Positions 46,971 through 54,185 of a stretch of DNA of 54,185 bases are shown in pieces. Every line of letters starts with the position of its first letter. Position 1 is the stretch's first letter. Location of the stretch: assembly GCA_023384595.1 (NCBI GenBank), contig JAHDVQ010000010.1:1-54185 (forward strand), given 5' to 3'. Source of the stretch: Vicinamibacteraceae bacterium (GTDB lineage: Bacteria > Acidobacteriota > Vicinamibacteria > Vicinamibacterales > JAFNAJ01). The translations under genes were made by a program, and so were the position numbers. The notes under the pieces were generated by a model that was not told where the DNA came from, searched no databases, and was given only the letters and a program-made list of their open reading frames with translations.

Positions 46971-48497
46971 ATGTCGAACGCGCTCCTTTCGAAGCTGCAG
47001 ATTACCGACGTCAACCCCGGGGCCTGCCTGGGGCCCGGCGGCTGGCTGACCGATCCCCAGGGCAAGGCCGTCGTCTCGATCAACCCGACGACGGGCTCGC
47101 CCATCGCCTCGGTGCTGCAGGCGAGTCCCGAGTGCTACCAGCAGGTGATGGGCGCGGCCTCGGCGGCGTTCCTGACCTGGCGCGAGACGCCCGCGCCGAA
47201 ACGTGGCGAGGTGGTGCGCGACCTCGGCAACGCGCTCCGCGAGATGAAAGAGCCGCTCGGCGACCTCGTCAGCCTCGAGATGGGGAAGATCCGCGCCGAA
47301 GGCCACGGCGAGGTCCAGGAGATGATCGACATCTGCGACTTCGCCGTCGGGCTGTCGCGGCAGCTCTACGGGCTGACGATGGCATCGGAGCGGCCGGCGC
47401 ATCGCATGATGGAGCAGTGGCACCCGCTCGGGGTGGTGGGCCTCATCACGTCGTTCAACTTCCCGGTGGCGGTCTGGGCGTGGAACACCGCCATCGCCGC
47501 CGTCTGCGGCGACCCGGTCGTCTGGAAGCCGTCGGGCTACACCCCCCTCTGCGGCATCGCCGTGCAGCACATCGCCAACCGAGTGGCTGCCGATCACGGC
47601 CTGAAGGGGGTGTTCACGCTCGCGATCGGCGCCGGCCGGCACGTGGGTGAGCTGATGCTGACCGACCACCGGCTGCCACTCATCTCGTTCACGGGTTCGA
47701 CGAGCGTGGGTCAGCACGTGGCCGAAGTGGTGGCGCGGCGCTTCGGCCGGACCATCCTCGAGCTGGGGGGCAACAACGCGATCATCGTGACGGAGGACGC
47801 GAACCTGGACATGGCGACACGCGCCATCCTGTTCGGGGCGGTGGGCACGGCCGGCCAGCGCTGTACGTCGACGCGCCGGATCATCGCGCACCGGTCGATC
47901 GCCCGGGAGTTGACCGACCGCCTCGTGAAGGCCTATGCGCAGGTCTCCATCGGCGATCCGCTCGCCGAGGGCACGCTGATGGGTCCGCTCGTCGTCGCGG
48001 ACTCGGTCGACGAGATGATGCAGGCCATCGAGCAGGCCAGGGCCGAGGGCGGCGAGGTGCTCTGCGGCGGTCGGCTGCGCCCGGACCTCGGCCCGCAGTT
48101 CGTCGAACCGGCCATCGTGCGGATGCCCGCGCAGACGGAGATCGTCAAGCGTGAGACGTTCGCCCCGGTGCTCTACGTGCTCGAGTACGAGGAGTTCAGC
48201 GAAGCGCTCCGCCTCCACAACGACGTGCCGCAGGGGCTCTCGAGCGCGATCTTCACCGAGAGCGTCCGCAAGGCCGAGGAGTTCCTCTCGCCGCGGGGTT
48301 CGGACTGCGGCATCGCCAACGTCAACATCGGCACCTCGGGTGCCGAGATCGGCGGGGCGTTCGGGGGCGAGAAGGAGACCGGCGGCGGACGCGAGTCGGG
48401 GTCCGACGCGTGGAAGGCCTACATGCGGCGGCAGACGAACACGGTGAACTGGTCAAACGCGCTGCCGCTCGCGCAGGGCATCAAGTTCGGCGACTGA
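46971..48497 (+). CDS. aldehyde dehydrogenase, ALDH7 / piperideine-6-carboxylate (alpha-aminoadipic semialdehyde) dehydrogenase-like
   Basis: Internal ATG at 46971. Motifs EGHGEVQEMIDICDFAVGLSRQ, ELGGNNA, GTAGQRCTSTRR, EKETGGGRESGSDAWK. Confidence 0.92.
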   Translation: MSNALLSKLQITDVNPGACLGPGGWLTDPQGKAVVSINPTTGSPIASVLQASPECYQQVMGAASAAFLTWRETPAPKRGEVVRDLGNALREMKEPLGDLVSLEMGKIRAEGHGEVQEMIDICDFAVGLSRQLYGLTMASERPAHRMMEQWHPLGVVGLITSFNFPVAVWAWNTAIAAVCGDPVVWKPSGYTPLCGIAVQHIANRVAADHGLKGVFTLAIGAGRHVGELMLTDHRLPLISFTGSTSVGQHVAEVVARRFGRTILELGGNNAIIVTEDANLDMATRAILFGAVGTAGQRCTSTRRIIAHRSIARELTDRLVKAYAQVSIGDPLAEGTLMGPLVVADSVDEMMQAIEQARAEGGEVLCGGRLRPDLGPQFVEPAIVRMPAQTEIVKRETFAPVLYVLEYEEFSEALRLHNDVPQGLSSAIFTESVRKAEEFLSPRGSDCGIANVNIGTSGAEIGGAFGGEKETGGGRESGSDAWKAYMRRQTNTVNWSNALPLAQGIKFGD

Positions 48498-48531
48498 TCA
48501 GAGCCTGTGAAGAAATCGGCGTGCTGTGGCT

Positions 48532-48559
48532 GCGAGCCATGAGCCACGAGCCGCGAGCG
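48532..48559. repeat. tandem heptamers nnGAGCC x4 (GCGAGCC ATGAGCC ACGAGCC GCGAGCG)
   Basis: Read directly from the 135-nt convergent spacer between the ALDH and ADOP genes. Confidence 0.85.
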
Positions 48560-48589
48560 GAAGGCACCCACGCACACCGGCGTCTCGCG

Positions 48590-48610
48590 GCTCAAAGCTC
48601 AAAGCTTCAG
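48590..48610. repeat. tandem heptamers GCTCAAA x2 + GCTTCAG
   Basis: Copies at 48590-96, 48597-603 and 48604-10, in the same spacer. Confidence 0.85.
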
Positions 48611-48632
48611 TCCTCTCGGTGGAATTCCCGAA

Positions 48633-51101
48633 TCACTCCGCGCGGAGCGCGTCGACCGGATCGACGAGGGCGGCCCGCCGGGCGGGCACGAAGGCGGCGG
48701 CCGTGGCGACGGCGAGCAGGACCGCCGGCACCAGGGTCCACGTGACGGCATCGGTCGTCGTGATGCCAAACAGCAGGCTCGCGAGGAACCGGCTCGCCAC
48801 GGCCGCCGCCGCCAGTCCGATCAGAATGCCGGCCGAGGTCAGGACGAGCCCCTGGCCCACCACGAGGCGGGCGATGTCAGCGCGCGTGGCGCCCAGGGCC
48901 GTGCGCACACCGATCTCGCGGCGTCGCTGTGAGACGGTGTACGAGAGGATGCCGTACAGGCCCACCGCCGCGAGCGCCAGCGTCGACAGTCCGAACACCA
49001 TGAGCACCACGGCCTGGAACCGCGGCTGGGCGATCGACGCCGACACGCGGGCCGCCATCGGCATGACGCTCTCGACGGCGAGCAACGGGTCGACGTCGCG
49101 CACGATGGTGTGCAGCGCGGGCGCCAGGGCGACGGGATCGCCCGTCGTGCGCACGACGAGGCTCGCGCGCCGGCCGAACCTTCCCCGCGCGTCGGCCACC
49201 TGCGCGTACGACACCCAGAGTTCCGGTTCGGGCTCGGCGTCGAGGCCTTCGCGGCGCACGTCGCCGACGACGCCGACGATCTCCCATTCCTGGCCGGGAC
49301 CGAACGCACCGGGCACGCGCGTGCCGACGACCGACCGGTCTGGCGAGTACCGCCTGGCATACGCCTGGTTGACGAGCAGCACCCGCTGCGAGGTTGGTCC
49401 GTCCCATTCCGAAAGGGCCCGTCCCTCGAGCACCGGGATGCCCATGGCCTCGACGTACCCGGGGCTTGCGATTCGCAGACCGGCGCGGACCATGTCGTCG
49501 GGCCCACCCGCGTCGCGCGGCGGCACGTTGAAGACGACGATGGCGTTGCCAGGCGTCAGGGGCAGCAGGTTGACGGCACCGGCGTGCACCACGTCGGGCA
49601 GGGCCGCGAGTCGCTCGCGGACGCGCTCGACGAACCGGGCCTGGGCCTCAGGGTCGTATCGCGCCCCCGGAAAACTGACGTGCGCGGAGAGCGTGTTGGA
49701 CGCATCGTAACCAGGGTCGACCGAGGCCAGGGCGACGAAGCTCCGCGCGAGCAGGCTGGCGCCGACGAGCAGCACCATGGCGAGCGCCACCTCGACCACC
49801 ATGAGCCCCGCCCGCAGACGGGCGCCCGACAGACGACGGAACCCGCCTATCGCCGTGGCCGCCCCCTCGTTGAGCGCGGCGACGAGGTCGACCCGCATCG
49901 CGTGCAGCGCGGGAGCCAGGCCGAACAGCACGCCCGTTCCGAGGGTGACGAGCAGCGCGAACGCGATGACCCGGCCATCGACTGTGATGTCCGCGAGCCG
50001 TGGAAACCCTGCCGGCGCGATCGCTGGCAGCACGGCGATCAGCCAGTGCGCGACGAGCAGCCCCGCGAGACCGCCGCAGGCCGCCAGCACCAGACTCTCG
50101 GCCCCCAGCTGCCGCGCGAGCCTCGCGTGGTCGGCGCCGAGGGCCGCCCGGATGCCGAGCTCGCGCTGGCGAGCGACCGCCCGCGCCACGAGCAGGTTCG
50201 CGACGTTCGCGGCGGCCGCCAGCAGGACCAGCACCACCGCGGCCATCAGGACCAGCACGGCGGGACGCACGTCGCGCGCGAGGTCGTCGGCCAGGCGCAC
50301 CACTTGCATCGTCGATTCGCCCGCCCCGCCGATCATCGCCGCACTGGCCAGGTCGCGGGTGCTCGCGCTTCGTGCCGCCGCGGTGCCCTCTGCCTCGGCC
50401 TGTGCGGGCGTGACGCCCGGCGTCAGACGCGCGATGGCCGACATCAACATGATGGTGCGCTCGTTCGGGTTGGCGCCGACCGACCGCGGGACGACCAGCG
50501 GCGTCCACAGCTCCGTCTCCCGATTGGGAAAGGTGAACCCCGGTGGAGCGATGCCCACGACGGCGTACGGCTCCTCGTCGAGCGAGATCACGCGACCGAC
50601 GATGTCGGGATCGGACGCGAAGCGGTCGCGCCACGCCGCATGGCTCAGCACGACGAGTCGATCGCGGCCGGGCGCGGCATCGCCTTCCTCGAAGAACCGT
50701 CCGGCGAACGGCCGGACCTGGAGGAGCGGAAAGAGCGCGGGCGACACCGCGCCGGCCTGCACGCGCGACGGCTCGTCGAGGCCGAGTGTGAACGCCCGCG
50801 TCTGGTAGGCAGCGAGCTGCTCGACGGTCGCCGGCGACTCACGCCAGGCGTGGTACGTGTCGTTCGTGATGCCGCGGGCGAGGGCTCCGCCCGGCCCGAT
50901 GTTGCGGCGCTCGACGAGGCGGACGATCCGGTCGGCCTCGGGGTAGGGCAACGGCTGGAGGAAGAGGCCGCTCGCCACGCTGAAGAGGGCGATCGTCGCG
51001 CCGAGGCCCAGAGCAAGCGTGACGACGCTCAGAGCGGTGAACGCCGGCTCGCGCCCGAGCTGGCGCACTGCCTGGCGGAGGTCGAACAACAGGCTGGACA
51101 T
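48633..51101 (-). CDS. ADOP-family duplicated MacB/FtsX-like ABC permease
   Basis: MSSLLFDLRQAVRQLGREPAFTALSVVTLALGLGA is the family-typical N-terminus. There are two FtsX-type 4-TM modules, each preceded by a large periplasmic domain. An alternative start is at 51116. Confidence 0.9.
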   Translation of the reverse strand: MSSLLFDLRQAVRQLGREPAFTALSVVTLALGLGATIALFSVASGLFLQPLPYPEADRIVRLVERRNIGPGGALARGITNDTYHAWRESPATVEQLAAYQTRAFTLGLDEPSRVQAGAVSPALFPLLQVRPFAGRFFEEGDAAPGRDRLVVLSHAAWRDRFASDPDIVGRVISLDEEPYAVVGIAPPGFTFPNRETELWTPLVVPRSVGANPNERTIMLMSAIARLTPGVTPAQAEAEGTAAARSASTRDLASAAMIGGAGESTMQVVRLADDLARDVRPAVLVLMAAVVLVLLAAAANVANLLVARAVARQRELGIRAALGADHARLARQLGAESLVLAACGGLAGLLVAHWLIAVLPAIAPAGFPRLADITVDGRVIAFALLVTLGTGVLFGLAPALHAMRVDLVAALNEGAATAIGGFRRLSGARLRAGLMVVEVALAMVLLVGASLLARSFVALASVDPGYDASNTLSAHVSFPGARYDPEAQARFVERVRERLAALPDVVHAGAVNLLPLTPGNAIVVFNVPPRDAGGPDDMVRAGLRIASPGYVEAMGIPVLEGRALSEWDGPTSQRVLLVNQAYARRYSPDRSVVGTRVPGAFGPGQEWEIVGVVGDVRREGLDAEPEPELWVSYAQVADARGRFGRRASLVVRTTGDPVALAPALHTIVRDVDPLLAVESVMPMAARVSASIAQPRFQAVVLMVFGLSTLALAAVGLYGILSYTVSQRRREIGVRTALGATRADIARLVVGQGLVLTSAGILIGLAAAAVASRFLASLLFGITTTDAVTWTLVPAVLLAVATAAAFVPARRAALVDPVDALRAE

Positions 51102-51191
51102 GGGGCGGGGCTCCAAACGTCGGTTTGGACGTCGGCCACGCGCGCGTGGTCGGCCGAGAGGGGGCTCAGGTGGAGGGCCTCGCCATTCGGC

Positions 51192-51758
51192 TCACCGCGA
51201 GAGTGCCTGCCGGACGCGCTCGGCCTGCCAGAGGTGACGGCGCTGGTGTGCCGCGAGCACGCGGAAGGCCGACCAGACCGAGTACTTCACCCGGCCGTTG
51301 AACGGCGAGGCCACCTTCAGCCGGTCGAGCGGCACTCCACGCGCGGCGGCGTCGCGGAGCAGCCCGACGAGCATCCGCTGCAGGCCCTCGAAAGCCGCGA
51401 CCGTGTCGGCCATCGACCCGACCCCCTCCGGCTCGAACGGCGGTGGCGTGCGCGCCCGCATCCTGGCCGGAGGCTCGAGAGCACGGCAGAGTAGCCAGCC
51501 GGTCACGTCACGACGGAACGGCCGGCTGCCGGACGTTTCGGTCGCCGGCGCGCTGTCGAGCCGGCTGCGCAGGAGCGGCGCATACGCCCTCGCCGTGACG
51601 TTGAGGTGTTCGACGCATTCGGCAACCGACCAGCCGCCGGTCGCCGGCCGGGACGACCATACGCCCGCGTCGAGCCCGGTGACGAGGCGGTGCAGCCGGT
51701 CGGTCGCGCCGGCGAATTCGGCGACGAGGGCCTCGACGCTCGCCACCCGTCGGTTCAC
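51192..51758 (-). CDS. DinB family (DinB_2-like) protein
   Basis: GTG 51758 overlaps the upstream gene's stop (GTGA). Motifs WSVAECVEHLNVT and VLAAHQRRHLWQAERV. Confidence 0.8.
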   Translation of the reverse strand: MNRRVASVEALVAEFAGATDRLHRLVTGLDAGVWSSRPATGGWSVAECVEHLNVTARAYAPLLRSRLDSAPATETSGSRPFRRDVTGWLLCRALEPPARMRARTPPPFEPEGVGSMADTVAAFEGLQRMLVGLLRDAAARGVPLDRLKVASPFNGRVKYSVWSAFRVLAAHQRRHLWQAERVRQALSR

Positions 51759-52054
51759 GACTCGCCCCGGCGGACCCGCTCGATCTTGCGGTCGCGGTCG
51801 TCGGTCAATCGCGCGATGTCCCGCCGGCATTCCGCCTCGAGCGCCTCTCTGGCACCGGGGTCGAACGCCGAGGCCAGCGCGCTCTGGAGCAGGATCCGCC
51901 GTTCGGCGGTCCGGGCCTCACAGAGGCTCCGGGCTTCGGCAATCGCGGCTTTCTGGACGTCGGTGAGGGGCACGTCGACCACCCCCGCCTCTTCGTCCTT
52001 CCGGCGCAGGCGTTCCATAGCCAGTTCGAGGGCGCTTTTCGGTCCTGTCGACAT
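51755..52054 (-). CDS. hypothetical small helical protein
   Basis: ATG at 52054 (MSTGPKSALELAMERLRRKDEEAG...). Translationally coupled to the DinB gene downstream. Confidence 0.55.
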   Translation of the reverse strand: MSTGPKSALELAMERLRRKDEEAGVVDVPLTDVQKAAIAEARSLCEARTAERRILLQSALASAFDPGAREALEAECRRDIARLTDDRDRKIERVRRGES

Positions 52055-52277
52055 ACGTCGCATTGTACCTGGTGACGACATCCGGCTCGGCCAGCCCGAA
52101 CCGCGGGTGCGCACTTCCGCCCCGGAACGCGCACATGTACGCACGAGGCGCACTCCAGGCACCCGGCAGGCTGGGTGACGTTCCCGTCCGGGGCGCAGGG
52201 AGTGGGCGCAGTATAATGCGGCACTTTCGCCACAGCATCAGCGAGATCGCTCGGGAGGGGCCCGTTTCACCGCGACG

Positions 52278-54185
52278 ATGAGCACGTTGCCCGCCAGCAT
52301 CGGCCGTTACCAGGTCCGCGACCGCCTCGGGCAGGGCGGGATGGGCGTGCTCTACCTGGCCCACGATCCGGACCTGGAGCGCCCGGTCGCCATCAAACTC
52401 CTGCGTGTCGGCAGCGATGACCTGCGCGAGCGGTTCGTTCGCGAGTCGCGCATCGCCGCCCGGCTCCAGCACCCGCACATCGTCGGCATCTACGACGTGG
52501 GCGTGCACGAGGGCCAGCCCTTCATCGCGATGGAGTTCATTGCCGGGGACACGCTGGCCGACCTGATCAAGCGGCGGTCGCCGCTGTCGATCGGCCGGAA
52601 GCTGGCGCTCATCGAGGACCTGTGCGAGGGCCTCGCGTTCGCTCACAAGGCGGGCGTGGTGCACCGCGACGTGAAGCCCGCCAACCTGATGGTGAACCAG
52701 GAGGGCATCCTCAAGATCCTCGACTTCGGCATCGCGCGGGTGGGCGACTCCGGCATGACCCAGGTGGGGGTGCTGATGGGCACGCCCAACTACATGTCGC
52801 CGGAGCAGGTCGACGGCCTGACGGTCGACTTTCGCAGCGACATCTTCGCCGTCGGCCTGGTGTTGTACGAACTGCTCGTGTACCAGCCAGCGTTCGCCGC
52901 GAAGAGCCAGCACCAGACCCTGCATCGCATCCTGCACGAAGAGCCCACGCCGTTGCGCGAGCTCGACGCGTCGCTCGACCCCGAGCTCGAGACCATCGTG
53001 GCCCAGGCGCTTCGAAAGCGCCCGGAGGAGCGCTACCAGGACCTGACGCTGCTCAGGGCGGACCTGAGCCGGCTCGGTCAGCGCCTGGTCTCGCCGGCGC
53101 GATTCGACGAGACCGTCTCGCCTCAGACACCGGCATCGGGAGCCCGGACTGGCGGGACACCGAGACGCGGTCTCGACCTCTCGAGCGTGATGCGGCGCCG
53201 CGCCGCGCAGATCGCCACTCACCTCGAAGCGGCCGAACGGGCCTTCGAACGCGCCGACCTCGACGCGGCCCTGGCGGCGTGCGAAGAGGCGGCGCTGCTC
53301 GATCCCGACGAGCCGCGGACGATGGCATTGATCGACCGGGTGCGACAGGCGATCGAGGACCGGCAGGTCCGAGAGTTCCTGGCGGCCGCGCGGGACGAAC
53401 TCGACCACGGATCGCTGACGGGCGCGCGCGACCTCGTGGCGCAGGCGCTGCAGATGCGGCCCGACTGGTCCGAGGCCGCCGAGCTGAAGCGGACCGTCGA
53501 CGCCCGGTTCGACGCGATCGAACGCGAACGCCAGCGCCAGCAGCAGGTCGACACGTGCGTGAGCCGGGCGCGAGCGGCCCTGCAGGTGTTTGCGTACGAA
53601 ATGGCCGCGCGCTCGGCTGCCGAGGCCCTCGAGCTCGACGAAGGGCATGAGGAGGCCAGAGCGCTTCGCCAGCAGGCGCTCGAGGCTCTCGAGGCCCAGC
53701 GGCGGGAGGAGGCCGAGGAACGCGCGCGAACGCTCGTCGCCGACGCGGAGCGACGAGCGGCGACGGAGACGCTCGACGCCGCCATCGCATTCCTCGAACG
53801 GGCTGGTGACGACCACGCGCTGGTCGTGGCGGCGCTCGACAGACTGCGACGCGAGCAGGCGGCGCTCGCCGCGAGGCGCGCCGACGAGGAGTGGGTGGCG
53901 GGTCACGTGCGCCGCGCCACCGACGCCACGGCTGCGGGTGAGTTCGCAGCGGCCCGGGAGGCTCTGGATGCGGGCGCGACGCGGGCCGTGGATCTGCCCG
54001 ATGCCCTGGCCAGCCTCGACCGGGCACGGCTCGACCTCGAGGTTGCCGAGGCTGCCGCCGCTCGCGCGCACGCGATCGCCCGCCACCTCGGGTCGGCGCG
54101 TGAGGCGCTGGCGGCGGAGCGGTGGGACGAGGCGCAGGGCCACGTCTCGCGGGCGCTGGAGGTCGACTCGGGTCAGGCGGCGGCG
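52278..54185 (+). CDS. Ser/Thr protein kinase with long helical/TPR-like C-terminal region, 3' end cut by window edge
   Basis: My own translation; the ORF is open to the window end and so is not in the track. ATG at 52278. Motifs GQGGMGVLY, VAIK, HRDVKPANLM, DFGIAR, SPEQ. The 51918..54143 minus ORF is its shadow. Confidence 0.9.
   Translation, partial: MSTLPASIGRYQVRDRLGQGGMGVLYLAHDPDLERPVAIKLLRVGSDDLRERFVRESRIAARLQHPHIVGIYDVGVHEGQPFIAMEFIAGDTLADLIKRRSPLSIGRKLALIEDLCEGLAFAHKAGVVHRDVKPANLMVNQEGILKILDFGIARVGDSGMTQVGVLMGTPNYMSPEQVDGLTVDFRSDIFAVGLVLYELLVYQPAFAAKSQHQTLHRILHEEPTPLRELDASLDPELETIVAQALRKRPEERYQDLTLLRADLSRLGQRLVSPARFDETVSPQTPASGARTGGTPRRGLDLSSVMRRRAAQIATHLEAAERAFERADLDAALAACEEAALLDPDEPRTMALIDRVRQAIEDRQVREFLAAARDELDHGSLTGARDLVAQALQMRPDWSEAAELKRTVDARFDAIERERQRQQQVDTCVSRARAALQVFAYEMAARSAAEALELDEGHEEARALRQQALEALEAQRREEAEERARTLVADAERRAATETLDAAIAFLERAGDDHALVVAALDRLRREQAALAARRADEEWVAGHVRRATDATAAGEFAAAREALDAGATRAVDLPDALASLDRARLDLEVAEAAAARAHAIARHLGSAREALAAERWDEAQGHVSRALEVDSGQAAA

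Noticed and set aside
49110-51494. 794-aa plus-strand ORF
   Set aside because: It is an antisense shadow of the ADOP duplicated permease.
51918-54143. 741-aa minus-strand ORF
   Set aside because: It is antisense to the edge-truncated Ser/Thr kinase (GQGGMGVLY, HRDVKPANLM, DFGIAR on the plus strand).

Overview
This is a very GC-rich bacterial chromosomal segment. Codon third positions are almost all G/C, so every real gene casts long antisense or out-of-frame shadow ORFs in the six-frame track. I chose frames by protein-like composition, recognisable motifs, RBS/start context and gene packing. I call about 44 protein-coding genes, two of which run off the window edges and are therefore missing from the ORF track. 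I see no rRNA, tRNA, CRISPR array, transposase or integrase. The gene content includes an ADOP-type duplicated FtsX permease, two PEP-CTERM proteins, an ECF sigma factor next to a Ser/Thr kinase, and many DinB, cupin, VOC and SRPBCC proteins. That suggests an Acidobacteriota-like soil bacterium, which is inference only. Most of the window is housekeeping or stress genes, but two accessory-looking patches stand out. (1) At 22.2-29.1 kb, a CHAT (caspase-like) protease with an unrecognisable N-terminal half is followed 22 nt later by a lipase-like alpha/beta-hydrolase carrying a long N-terminal extension. A second, TPR-CHAT protein abuts them convergently with a 13-nt gap. I consider this the best candidate for an undescribed protease-gated conflict system. 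(2) At 11.2-15.6 kb, a TIR-NB-ARC-TPR (NLR/Avs-like STAND) protein lies convergent, with a 32-nt gap, to a cytoplasmic trypsin-like protease that has a C-terminal helical domain. Other oddities are a HAMP membrane module fused in frame to a GspG-like pseudopilin next to an HD-GYP protein, two apparent frameshifted or decayed genes, a likely leaderless vapBC promoter with heptamer operator repeats, and recurring tandem heptanucleotide repeats in intergenic spacers. All family assignments come from reading motifs by eye. No database search was possible.
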